A stretch of 64,000 bases of DNA from an uncultured Anaerolineales bacterium (GTDB lineage: Bacteria > Chloroflexota > Anaerolineae > Anaerolineales > UBA11858). Numbering within the stretch: position 1 is the first letter of the stretch; each line of letters opens with the position of its first letter. The DNA is taken from positions 9,279-73,278 of the forward strand of contig CAZRUS010000009.1 of the NCBI GenBank assembly GCA_964603385.1, in the 5' to 3' direction. Of this stretch, positions 47,277-56,572 are shown in pieces. A model generated the notes under the pieces. It saw only the letters and a list, made by a program, of their open reading frames with translations. It searched no databases and was not told the DNA's origin. The translations under genes and the position numbers were made by a program.

Positions 47277-47977
47277 ACTTTGCAGCTCTTTCCCTGGTGG
47301 ATTTCATAGGGTTCTCACTGGGCTTTCTGCTCACCATCCTGGTCTTCAGTTATCTGCTGGGAGATAACCCCTTCTTCCGGCTGGCTATCCATATTTTCAT
47401 CGGTGTTTCGGCTGCCTATGCAGCCATCATTACAGTAAATAACGTCCTCATCCCCCGCTTAATCACGCCGCTTTTTCAGGGCAGCAGCGGAGAACGGCTG
47501 TTATCTATCCTGCTAATCATCCCCAGCCTGTTTTTACTGACCAAAGCAACCCCGCTGCGGAAAGCCGGCAACTGGACGGTTGCCATCCTGGTGGGTATTG
47601 GCTCCGCCACCGCTATCGGCGGAGCGGTCACCGGAACCCTCTTCCCCCAGATCCTGGGAACCATCAATGCGGTAGATCCCGGAGCCAGATCAACCCTGGT
47701 GAATCCCTGGATGGCCACACTCAATGGAGCTGTGATAGTATTGGGTACAGTTACCACCTTGATCTATTTCCATTTCGGGATTCGGGTCAGACCCGGTCAG
47801 CCCGACCAGCGCCCAGCGCTGATTGAGCAGATCAGCCGGATCGGTCAGATCTTTTTGGCAGTCACCTTTGGGGCCCTTTTTGCCGGCGTTTATCTGGCTG
47901 CTCTTTCTGCCTTCGTGGAACGATTGACATTTTTATGGGACTTCCTTAACAGCATGGGAGTCCAGCTTTTCTCCTGA
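47273..47977 (+). CDS. Hypothetical polytopic membrane protein (~6-7 TM)
   Basis: GTGA overlap. LTILVFSYLLGDNPFFRLA.HIFIGVSA.Y, TL.YFHF and FGALFAG..LAAL..FVERL. Confidence 0.8.
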   Translation: MNFAALSLVDFIGFSLGFLLTILVFSYLLGDNPFFRLAIHIFIGVSAAYAAIITVNNVLIPRLITPLFQGSSGERLLSILLIIPSLFLLTKATPLRKAGNWTVAILVGIGSATAIGGAVTGTLFPQILGTINAVDPGARSTLVNPWMATLNGAVIVLGTVTTLIYFHFGIRVRPGQPDQRPALIEQISRIGQIFLAVTFGALFAGVYLAALSAFVERLTFLWDFLNSMGVQLFS

Positions 47978-47979
47978 CT

Positions 47980-49740
47980 ATGAACACATCAAGCCAAGCA
48001 GCGAAATCCCTTCTGGCCATTGACATCGGCAGTTCCCTCACCCGGGTGCTGTTTTTTGATGTGGTCAATGGACGCTTCCGTTTTATCGGCAGGGGATCGG
48101 CCCCCACAACAGCGGGCGCACCGATCTATGATGCCGCAGAGGGCATCTGGCGGGCCATTGAAGAGCTCCAGCTGATCACCGAGCGGACTTTTCTCAGCAA
48201 GGATGAAGGGGTAATCATCCCCAGCACCCCGGAAAATGAAGGTGTGGACATGATGGTCGCCACCATGTCAGCCGGCGATCCTTTGAAAGTGATCACGGTA
48301 GGGCTGCTGGATGACGTTTCTCTGAAAACAGCCCGACACCTTGCTGAGACCACCTATGCCAGCGTGGTGGATGAGATTTCCCTTAACGATCACCGCAGCC
48401 CCTCCGACCGCATCAACCTGATTACCACCGTCCGGCCGGATTTGATCATCATGGCCGGTGGGACCAACGGGGGAGCCACCCAGGCAACGCTGAACATGCT
48501 GGAGATGGTCGGTCTGGCCAGCTATTTTATTGAAAAAAACCACAAACCTCATGTCCTTTATGTGGGGAACGAGCAGCTTCACGATGAAGTGAAGTCCAGT
48601 TTGGAGAACATCAGCAATCTGCACCTGGCGGCCAACATTCAGCCGGTGCTTGAGGAAGAGCAGCTCTACCCAGCTCAGAAAAAACTCAAATCCATCTTCA
48701 ATGAGATCAGAAAGCAGCAGTCGGCAGGTGTCCGGGAGCTGCTCTCCTGGGCGAATGGGCATTTCGCTTCCTCTGCTTCCGGTTTTGGTCGTTTGATCCG
48801 CTTCCTGAGCCAGAAATTTGAGCCGGAAAAAGGGGTGCTGGGAATCGATATCGGTTCCTCCAACACCGTACTGGCGGCAGCGTTTTCAGGAGAAGAAACC
48901 CTGCGGGTGTTCCCCGATCTCGGGGTGGGAGCCAGTGCTGCCAGCGTGCTGGAGGAAACTTCCCTGCCGGAGATCACCCGCTGGCTGTCCCTGCCTTTGA
49001 GCGACCAGACAGTGGAGAATTATCTCTACCAGAAGACCGCCTACCCGGACAGCATCCCGGCAGAACCGGAACATTTAGCGATTGAACATGCCCTGGCCCG
49101 CCAGGTGCTCCGGCTGGCGGCCTCGCAAAGCATTCCCTGCTTCCCGAAAAGAACCCAACGGTCTGCGGATGGACTGCTGCCTGCCGTAGAGCCGATCATC
49201 GGCGCCGGGCGGGTGCTCACTCAGGCGCCAAACCGGGCTGACAGTCTGGGCATTCTCCTGGACGGCCTGCAGCCCACGGGGGTGACAACCCTGGCGCTGG
49301 ATCAGAATGATATCCTGGCCAGTCTGGGGGCGATTGCAGACCGAAATCCTCTGATGACCGTACAGATTGTCGAAACCAGCACCTTTCTCAATTTAGGCAC
49401 AATTATTGCACCCTTGGGAAGTGCCCGCCCGGGCACCACAATCCTGCGCATCCAGGTCAACCGCTCGGATGGGAGAACGGCCACCAGAGATATCAAATTT
49501 GGCTCGCTGGTGGTGCTGCCGGTAGAAACCGGTGAAAAGGTCACCCTCCACCTCCGTCCCCTGCATAAATTTGACGTTGGGATGGGGGGCCCGGGGAAAG
49601 CTGGCAAAGTGAATGCCGTCGGAGGAGCGCTGGGTGTGATCATCGATGCCAGAGGACGACCTCTGCGGTTCTTTGCTGACCGCGAAAAAAATATTAAACG
49701 GAACGCTGCCTGGAAAAAAAACCTGCAGAAATTTGAGTGA
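47980..49740 (+). CDS. GlmL/MutL (glutamate mutase L)-family ASKHA ATPase-fold protein
   Basis: Phosphate-1-like LAIDIGSSLT, APTT, PDLIIMAGGTNGG, phosphate-2-like LGIDIGSSNT, IIGAG.VL..AP and GGALGVIIDARGRP. Confidence 0.8.
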   Translation: MNTSSQAAKSLLAIDIGSSLTRVLFFDVVNGRFRFIGRGSAPTTAGAPIYDAAEGIWRAIEELQLITERTFLSKDEGVIIPSTPENEGVDMMVATMSAGDPLKVITVGLLDDVSLKTARHLAETTYASVVDEISLNDHRSPSDRINLITTVRPDLIIMAGGTNGGATQATLNMLEMVGLASYFIEKNHKPHVLYVGNEQLHDEVKSSLENISNLHLAANIQPVLEEEQLYPAQKKLKSIFNEIRKQQSAGVRELLSWANGHFASSASGFGRLIRFLSQKFEPEKGVLGIDIGSSNTVLAAAFSGEETLRVFPDLGVGASAASVLEETSLPEITRWLSLPLSDQTVENYLYQKTAYPDSIPAEPEHLAIEHALARQVLRLAASQSIPCFPKRTQRSADGLLPAVEPIIGAGRVLTQAPNRADSLGILLDGLQPTGVTTLALDQNDILASLGAIADRNPLMTVQIVETSTFLNLGTIIAPLGSARPGTTILRIQVNRSDGRTATRDIKFGSLVVLPVETGEKVTLHLRPLHKFDVGMGGPGKAGKVNAVGGALGVIIDARGRPLRFFADREKNIKRNAAWKKNLQKFE

Positions 49741-50837
49741 TCGGACTGGAAGGCGGTTCCGCAACAGCTATGATAACCTTACTCAAACATATTCACCCTC
49801 TGACCAACATCCGCCGGGAGCGGGTAGTCCCCGTTTCCGGGCAGGTGATCACACGGCGGATGCAGAAGGTCACCCCCACCGATATCATCGTCACCGCCCC
49901 CCTGGCCCCCCAATATCTGCTGCTGGATATCGCCCGGGGCCTGAATGTATCCCCTTCCCGGGCGGACGAGCTCCTTCAGAGGCAGCCTGGGGATGACCTC
50001 TCCAAAGGGGATGTCATTGCCGGACCGGTAGGTTTGTTCCAGCGGGTGATCCGGGCACCGGAGAATGGTGTCATACGCATCGCCGGGGAAGGAAAAGTGC
50101 TTTTCGAAATCTCTGCAGAGGAGTATGAGCTTCCTGCCGGCATGGACGGCACCATTACCGGCATCATCCCGGATCGAGGAGCAATCATCGAAACCAAAGG
50201 GGCCTTGATCCAGGGCATCTGGGGAAACGGCAGGATCGCCTATGGAGTTATTCAACCGATCAGCAAAGACCTCAGCAAAGAAGTGGAAAGTGAGCAAATT
50301 GACATCAGCTTTCGAGGGGCAATCATGGCTGCCGGGTCCTGCAGCAAAGCCGAAGTCCTGGAAGCCGCTGCTGCCGTGCCCATCAAAGGATTGATCCTGG
50401 GCAGTATGTCAGCCTCCCTGATTCCAACAGCCAAATCGATGAGCTATCCGATTATGGTGATTGATGGTTTTGGATCGATACCGATGAACAATCGGGCGGA
50501 GCAATTGCTGGTCACCAATCGGGACCGCAATATCGCTCTCAACGCCCAGCGCCATCAACCTTACCGGGGGAAATATCCAGAAGTAATCATCTCCCTGCCT
50601 ATTCAGAAAGATTTCAACACCCCGGTGGAAGCTGAGGAACTCATCCCTGGGCAGCGGGTGATTATGATCAGCGGGGCCAGGATTGGCAAAATTGGCACCG
50701 TAGCCAGACTGCTGGAAGGAAAATTTACCTTTGCCAGCGGAGTTGCTGCCCCGGCGATCGAGATCGAAATGGAAGGCGGGGCGCCGGTGATCGTTCCGGC
50801 AAACAACGTCAGACTATTGTCTTCACAGGAATATTAA
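49737..50837 (+). CDS. Conserved hypothetical soluble protein (barrel-sandwich-hybrid-like segment, C-terminal KOW/SH3-like domain)
   Basis: IRRERVVP..G.V, GDVIA...RAPENGVI, IETKGALIQGIWGNG, IDGFGSIPM and PGQRV...GKIGTV. GTG 49737 overlaps the previous stop; ATG 49770 is an alternative start. Confidence 0.75.
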   Translation: MIGLEGGSATAMITLLKHIHPLTNIRRERVVPVSGQVITRRMQKVTPTDIIVTAPLAPQYLLLDIARGLNVSPSRADELLQRQPGDDLSKGDVIAGPVGLFQRVIRAPENGVIRIAGEGKVLFEISAEEYELPAGMDGTITGIIPDRGAIIETKGALIQGIWGNGRIAYGVIQPISKDLSKEVESEQIDISFRGAIMAAGSCSKAEVLEAAAAVPIKGLILGSMSASLIPTAKSMSYPIMVIDGFGSIPMNNRAEQLLVTNRDRNIALNAQRHQPYRGKYPEVIISLPIQKDFNTPVEAEELIPGQRVIMISGARIGKIGTVARLLEGKFTFASGVAAPAIEIEMEGGAPVIVPANNVRLLSSQEY

Positions 50838-50887
50838 TTTCAATTGCGTTCTCTTCTACATAGACAGACAACACAGAGGAGTTGACC

Positions 50888-51496
50888 ATGGGCATGAGCG
50901 ATTTTGATGATTTTGAAGATTTGGAATTTGAGGACATGGATGCCGATCAAACCATCACCACCTCAGGAGGGTCCAACCGGACCTTTCTGGTGGTGGCAGG
51001 GATTCTCGGCGGCATTCTCCTGCTGGCCTTGATAGCCATCGCTGCTTATGCAGTAGTCATTTTGCCCGGCAGACAGACCGGAGAGCAAACTCAGGTGGCA
51101 GCGGTCAATGCAACCAATACGGCAATCGCTGAACAGAGTCAGCTGACCGCTATCGCCAAGCAGACCACCGCAACCCCCACGGTCACCAACACACTTCCTC
51201 CCACTGAAACCCCTGTTCCCACAGCAACGGAAACGGCCACCCCGGTTGTGGCGCCGACCAACACACCGGAGGTGGATACCGCCACCCCTGATCCAGCTAC
51301 CCAGACGGTTGCGGCACTGCTCACCCAGCAGGCGGGCGATGAAGGGGGCGGAGCAGGCACTCCGATTGCCACAGCGACTGCGCTGCCGGACACCGGCCTC
51401 GGGGATGATTTTGGCGTACCCGGCCTGCTCCTGGGTGCCGCCGTCCTGGTAGTTGTCATTATTCTCAGCCGGCGGCTGCGCTCATCCAGCACCTGA
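50888..51496 (+). CDS. Thr/Pro-rich surface protein with N-terminal TM and C-terminal LPDTG sorting-signal-like tail
   Basis: Acidic N-terminus, TM, Thr-rich linker, LPDTG (51383-51397), hydrophobic helix and SRRLR. SD agagga. Confidence 0.8.
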   Translation: MGMSDFDDFEDLEFEDMDADQTITTSGGSNRTFLVVAGILGGILLLALIAIAAYAVVILPGRQTGEQTQVAAVNATNTAIAEQSQLTAIAKQTTATPTVTNTLPPTETPVPTATETATPVVAPTNTPEVDTATPDPATQTVAALLTQQAGDEGGGAGTPIATATALPDTGLGDDFGVPGLLLGAAVLVVVIILSRRLRSSST

Positions 51497-51530
51497 GCCC
51501 GGGAACTCACCGCTCTCTGCCCATTTAAAA

Positions 51531-51572
51531 AAACAACCACAGCGAAGAAATCCATCTTCCCTGTGGTTGTTT
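51531..51572. terminator. Bidirectional intrinsic terminator
   Basis: 12-bp stem aaacaaccacag/ctgtggttgttt extended by gaaga/tcttc, between convergent genes. Confidence 0.8.
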
Positions 51573-51588
51573 GCTGTCATCTTCCGGG

Positions 51589-53049
51589 TCAGGTCACTTG
51601 ATCCGCGACTTCCTCCCCATATCCAAGCAGCGCTTCCATGATCTCCTCACTGCGCCCTTCTGCATATAAACGCAGCACCGGCTCGGTGCCCGAAGGGCGG
51701 ATCAACAGCCAGGAATCGTCTTCCAGAATGTATTTCACCCCATCAGTGGTCATCATCTCGGCTACTTTGAGACCGGCAATCTCTGCCGGCGCCTGGTCCT
51801 TAAGATATCCAACCATGCGCTTTTTTTGAACGGGATACTGCAGGCGCTGGTCTTTGCGCTGATAGAATGCCGGGCCGACCCTGTCCAGCAAATCACTGAC
51901 CAGTTGATGGAGCGATTTCTGGGTGACAGCCACCATTTCCACCAGCAGCAGTCCCATCAGCACCCCATCTCCTTCGGGAATATGCCCCCGGAAAGAGATC
52001 CCCCCGGATTCCTCCCCTCCCAGCAGGATATCCTCCGAGAGCATGTGATCGGCAATGTGATTGAAACCCACCGGGGTTTCATAAACCGGCAGATCATATT
52101 CCCCTGCCAGCCGGTCAATCATCCGGGTGGTGGACACCGTGCGCACCACTGGTCCCTGCCAGCCCCGTTTTTCTACCAGATACTGCAAGGCCAGCGACAT
52201 TATCTTGTGAGGGTCAACATAGTTCCCCCGTTCATCCATCGCACCAATACGGTCTCCGTCCCCATCCAGGGCCAGACCCAGGGTGCCCATACCTGTGCTG
52301 ATGGCGCCAGCCAGGGCCCCCAGATGTTTCCCGATCGGCTCCGGGTGAGCACCACCGAACCCTGGATTCATCTCCCCCCGGATCTCCTGAACTTCACAGC
52401 CGGTTCCCTGTAGAATGCCTTTGATCACCCCACGACCCGAGCCGTGCATGGAGTCGACCACCACCTGGGGGGGATTTTCAGCGATGGCATCAAAATCAAT
52501 CAGTGTCCGCAGATGCTGATAGTAATCAGGGATGGGGTTAAAGCGGTGGATTAATCCGGAATCCACCGCCTGATTCCAATCCATCAGGTTGGGTCCCCGG
52601 CCGCGTTCCTGATTATCGTTGAGAAATATTTCTACCCGGCGGGAATGTTCCGGCGAGGCTGCACTCCCCGTGGGCGTTTTGATTTTAACGCCGTTATAGC
52701 GGGGGGCATTATGAGAGGCTGTGATCACAATGCCGCCGATCGCCTTCTGGTTTTTAACCGCATATGAAATTGCCGGGGTGGGGGCATCCGCCTGGGTGAG
52801 GTGGACCGTATACCCATTGGCTGCCAGAACCCGGGCCACATCCCGGGCAAAGCGGTCAGACAGAAAACGGGTATCAAAGCCGACCACAAAGCGGTTGGGG
52901 TCGGGATCAATTTTCAAAATGGATTCATCCACCCAGTGTCCTGAGCGAACTGCATCTGCGATCGCCTGGGTGACCAGTCTGAGATTATGAAAGGTAAAGG
53001 TGTCAGACATCACTGCCCGCCAGCCATCCGTGCCAAAACTGATCGGCAT
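51589..53049 (-). CDS. Phosphoglucomutase/phosphomannomutase family protein
   Basis: FGTDGWR, ITASHN (phospho-Ser), DGDGDR, GGEESGG and RPSGTEP. Confidence 0.95.
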   Translation of the reverse strand: MPISFGTDGWRAVMSDTFTFHNLRLVTQAIADAVRSGHWVDESILKIDPDPNRFVVGFDTRFLSDRFARDVARVLAANGYTVHLTQADAPTPAISYAVKNQKAIGGIVITASHNAPRYNGVKIKTPTGSAASPEHSRRVEIFLNDNQERGRGPNLMDWNQAVDSGLIHRFNPIPDYYQHLRTLIDFDAIAENPPQVVVDSMHGSGRGVIKGILQGTGCEVQEIRGEMNPGFGGAHPEPIGKHLGALAGAISTGMGTLGLALDGDGDRIGAMDERGNYVDPHKIMSLALQYLVEKRGWQGPVVRTVSTTRMIDRLAGEYDLPVYETPVGFNHIADHMLSEDILLGGEESGGISFRGHIPEGDGVLMGLLLVEMVAVTQKSLHQLVSDLLDRVGPAFYQRKDQRLQYPVQKKRMVGYLKDQAPAEIAGLKVAEMMTTDGVKYILEDDSWLLIRPSGTEPVLRLYAEGRSEEIMEALLGYGEEVADQVT

Positions 53050-53201
53050 ATTTCTTGCTCCTTTGTTCTCCGTAACGAACCGTACCTATTCTATCACCGA
53101 ACGACTCCAACGGGAGGAAGGGTCGTGACCCGTCCGGCTCTCCACTCCCGGCGTGGGAGTATGTTAAAATTCAGATACATTCAGGAATCAAACCACCATC
53201 T

Positions 53202-54839
53202 ATGGACTCAAAGACTATTTACGCGTTCCTGCGAGAGCATCCCATATTCAACCAGCTCAGCGATGAGGAGCTGGGGCAGATTCTTCCTCTCTTTCAGCCC
53301 ATCTCCCTGCAGAAAGGCGAGGTTCTCTTCCGGGCTGGTTTCCCAGGCCGGAATTTTTTCATCATCGTCTCGGGGGCCATGCTCCTGCTTCGGGAAGATC
53401 AACCTGCCAAGAAAGTGTATGCGCGCGAGCCTTTTGGCGAAGAGGAGCTTTTTGGGGAGGCTGTCCGGGAGCACACGGCCCAGGCGCTGGAAACCACCCG
53501 CCTCCTGGCGGTCAACCGACGCGGCTTCCTGGCGATATTAAATGCCTATCCGACGGTCAAGGCTAGGCTGCGGGCCCTCAGAAACAGCCTGCGACTGCGC
53601 GAAAAAACCGACTTTCCCTGGATCGGAGAGCGGGAACAGATCCGCTTCCTTGACCGTAAGCACATTCACCTGTTTTACCAGCAGATGGTTTTTCCGGTGC
53701 TCTTTCTGTCCATCGGTGTGCTTGGCGGGCTCTACCTCCAATTCAACCCGGTCATTTTCCTGCCCGTTCTCCTGTTGATATTTGGTCTCTGGACCTGGTG
53801 GCACTGGATGGATTGGGGGAATGATTTTTATCTGGTGACCACGGAACGGGTCGCCTGGGTAGAAAAGGTGCTCTGGCTGCACGACCAGCGCAGAGAAATT
53901 CCCCTGCAGTCCATCCTTTCTGTAAATCTCTCTTCCAATCAAGTACAGCGGGTGTTCGGTTATGGGGATGTCATCATCCGCACCTACACCGGGGATATGC
54001 CCATGCGCAACGCTTCCCATCCGAAGGTGCTGCTGGATCTGATCCTGGAAACTCAAAAGCTGACCCGGGAGCAAGCCCGGGAGACGGAACTGGACGAGAT
54101 TGGTGAAACCATCCGAACTCGTTTGAGGATGAGTGATGATCAGCGGGATCTGGAATCCAGCTCTGAGGTCCCTTCCCCTCCAGCCGGTCCGCAGCTGACA
54201 GAAACCATCACCCCGCTGCAGGAGTTCCTGAATCTCTTCCGGGCCCGATATGAGGTTAACGGTGTAATTACCTACCGCAAGCATAAGTTTATTCTCGTGA
54301 AGCAGTCCTGGTGGCTGCTGCTCCTGCTGGTGCTGCTGATCAGCGCTTTCTTTGCTCGCCTGGTCAATCTGCTGACTTTTCCCAGCCTGCCCTGGATCGG
54401 GCTGCTGATCGCTGTCAGCCTGCTCGGCCTGGGCTATGTTTTCGCCAATTGGGCCAATGATCGCTTTCAGATTACAGAGAAGCAGATCGTCGATCTGGAC
54501 CGCACCCCGCTGGGCCGGGAAACGAAGCGCTCAGCTCTGCTTGAAAACATCCTCAGCCTGGACTACCAGAGAAAAAATATCCTCCAGCGTCTGTTTGATT
54601 TCGGAACAGTGGCCATCAACGTCGGGGACATTCAGCTGGACTTTGAGAATGTCGCCCGACCGAAAGCCGTCCAGAATGAGATTTTCGAACGCTACAACAC
54701 AGCCATCAAAGAAAAGGAACGGGAGGAAGCGCAACGGCGCCGCGATGATATGGTAGAATTTCTTGCGGCTTACCATCAGGAAAATCAACCCGACGCCGGT
54801 GCCCTGGATGAATCCACTTCATCGGCACAGGAGCGCTGA
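53202..54839 (+). CDS. Cyclic-nucleotide-binding domain fused to two TM-hairpin + bPH_2 (YdbS/DUF304-like) units
   Basis: LQKGEVLFRAG...FFIIVSG...FGEEEL (cNMP-like), then TM pair + YLVTTERV...QRVFGYGDV, and a second TM pair + FQITEKQI...QRLFDFGTV. Confidence 0.8.
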   Translation: MDSKTIYAFLREHPIFNQLSDEELGQILPLFQPISLQKGEVLFRAGFPGRNFFIIVSGAMLLLREDQPAKKVYAREPFGEEELFGEAVREHTAQALETTRLLAVNRRGFLAILNAYPTVKARLRALRNSLRLREKTDFPWIGEREQIRFLDRKHIHLFYQQMVFPVLFLSIGVLGGLYLQFNPVIFLPVLLLIFGLWTWWHWMDWGNDFYLVTTERVAWVEKVLWLHDQRREIPLQSILSVNLSSNQVQRVFGYGDVIIRTYTGDMPMRNASHPKVLLDLILETQKLTREQARETELDEIGETIRTRLRMSDDQRDLESSSEVPSPPAGPQLTETITPLQEFLNLFRARYEVNGVITYRKHKFILVKQSWWLLLLLVLLISAFFARLVNLLTFPSLPWIGLLIAVSLLGLGYVFANWANDRFQITEKQIVDLDRTPLGRETKRSALLENILSLDYQRKNILQRLFDFGTVAINVGDIQLDFENVARPKAVQNEIFERYNTAIKEKEREEAQRRRDDMVEFLAAYHQENQPDAGALDESTSSAQER

Positions 54840-54862
54840 GAGTATCGGAGGAGTACCCAGGC

Positions 54863-55363
54863 ATGGCCCTTCGCGACGTGATAACCGTTCCCCATCCAAC
54901 GCTGCGGAAGAAGGCAGCCCAGGTGGAAGAATTCGATCAAGAACTGCAGCAGCTGATTGACGATATGGTAGAAACCATGCGTCAAGAAGCTGGCGTAGGG
55001 CTGGCTGCCCCGCAGATCGATGTCTCCCAACGGGTAATTGTCATTGAGTTTGGCAGCGAAGACGACCCGGAAGTCCCCGCAGCGCTTTATACGCTGGTCA
55101 ATCCCCGCATCACCCGCTTCTCCCCGGACACGGTGTCCGGCGCCGAGGGCTGTTTATCCATCCCCGGATTGATGGGAGAAGTAGACCGGGCATACCAGGT
55201 CACCGTCGAGGCTCAGGATCGCTTTGGCAGCGAGGTCAAACTCCACCCGCAGGGCTGGCTGGCCCGTGTTTTTCAACATGAAATCGACCACATCAACGGC
55301 ATTCTCTACACCGACCGGGCCCAGCAGGTCTGGAAAACGGAAGAGGATTACGATCCTGTTTAG
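54863..55363 (+). CDS. def: Peptide deformylase
   Basis: GVGLAAPQ, EGCLS and HEIDH. Confidence 0.96.
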   Translation: MALRDVITVPHPTLRKKAAQVEEFDQELQQLIDDMVETMRQEAGVGLAAPQIDVSQRVIVIEFGSEDDPEVPAALYTLVNPRITRFSPDTVSGAEGCLSIPGLMGEVDRAYQVTVEAQDRFGSEVKLHPQGWLARVFQHEIDHINGILYTDRAQQVWKTEEDYDPV

Positions 55364-55369
55364 CCCGGT

Positions 55370-56572
55370 ATGTATCTGACCCACCTGTCCCTGACGGACT
55401 TCCGGATATTTTCCCGCCTTGACCAGGAGGTTCCCAAGAAGTCCTTAATTCTCGTGGGCGAAAACGCCCAGGGAAAAACCACTCTGCTGGAATCGGTTTA
55501 TTTCCTCTCGGCGATGGAATCCTTTCAGGCAGGCAGTGCTGGCGAGTTAATCAACTTTTTTGCCCAGCAGAATGATCTCGCCGTCAGCCGGATTGTGGCG
55601 GATTACATCAAAGGCGGGAATTCCCATCATCTGGAAGTCCGCATCATCCAAAACACCGCAGTTAACGGCAGCACCACCGTACGCAAAGAAGTCCTTCTGG
55701 ATGGTCGGGAGCGAACGCTTAATGAGGTCATCGGGCACTTTAATGCTGTCCTTTTCCTGCCCGATATGATGCAGATCATCACCGGTTCTCCCAGTCGGCG
55801 CCGTCACTATCTGGATGTCACCATCTCCCAGGTAGATCCCAAGTACAACGAACATACCACAGCCTACAACCGCTCGCTTACCCAGCGCAATGCCCTCCTC
55901 AAGCAGCTCAAAGAGACCAACGGGGATCCCGATCAGCTCTCCTATTGGGACGAAAAAATCATCCAATCAGGCTCTTATCTGATCCTGGCCCGCATCCTGG
56001 CCCTCAAAGACCTGGAACAGCTGGCGTCCAGCATTCATGCCGATCTTACCCGAGGAGAAGAGATCCTCCGGCTGCAGTATCTCCCCCAATATGATCCGCT
56101 GCCCGCCCCTCCTGGTCAGATGGAGCTGCCCATCGCCAACCCAGTTGACCGCAGCGTCCTCTCCCTGGAGGAGATCCAGCAGGGCTTCCGGGAGGAGCTT
56201 CTCAACCTGCGGGAGCAGGAGATCCTCCGGGGGGTGACCACCATTGGACCTCACCGGGATGAGGTGATTTTTCTCAGCAATGGGCTCGACCTGGGCAGAT
56301 TTGGAAGCCGGGGGCAGATCCGCACCACGCTGCTCTCCCTTAAGCTGGCGGAAATTGCCTGGTTTAAAGAAAAAACCGGCCACTGGCCGGTGCTGCTGCT
56401 GGATGAGGTGCTGGCAGAGCTGGACGACATCCGGCGGAATGATTTACTGGAAAGGCTCACCCAAACTGAGCAGGCCCTGCTTACCACCACCGATCTCAGC
56501 CTTTTCTCCCCTGAATTTCAACAAACTGCCGCCCGGTGGCGGGTGCACAGCGGACAGCTGGAAGTGGAGTAG
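55370..56572 (+). CDS. recF: DNA replication and repair protein RecF
   Basis: GENAQGKTTLLE, GSP..RR.YLD, GPHRDE, SRGQ.R and LLLDEVLAELD. Confidence 0.96.
   Translation: MYLTHLSLTDFRIFSRLDQEVPKKSLILVGENAQGKTTLLESVYFLSAMESFQAGSAGELINFFAQQNDLAVSRIVADYIKGGNSHHLEVRIIQNTAVNGSTTVRKEVLLDGRERTLNEVIGHFNAVLFLPDMMQIITGSPSRRRHYLDVTISQVDPKYNEHTTAYNRSLTQRNALLKQLKETNGDPDQLSYWDEKIIQSGSYLILARILALKDLEQLASSIHADLTRGEEILRLQYLPQYDPLPAPPGQMELPIANPVDRSVLSLEEIQQGFREELLNLREQEILRGVTTIGPHRDEVIFLSNGLDLGRFGSRGQIRTTLLSLKLAEIAWFKEKTGHWPVLLLDEVLAELDDIRRNDLLERLTQTEQALLTTTDLSLFSPEFQQTAARWRVHSGQLEVE

Noticed and set aside
47980-49740. Reading the GlmL-like gene as evidence of glutamate (methylaspartate) fermentation, or as DNA-repair MutL
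   Set aside because: No glutamate mutase subunits or B12-binding motif are in the window. The fold is ASKHA, not the GHKL fold of mismatch-repair MutL.
55370-56572. recF outside a dnaA-dnaN-gyrB cluster as a sign of an origin or rearrangement
   Set aside because: No DnaA boxes or origin genes were seen, and dispersed recF is not unusual.
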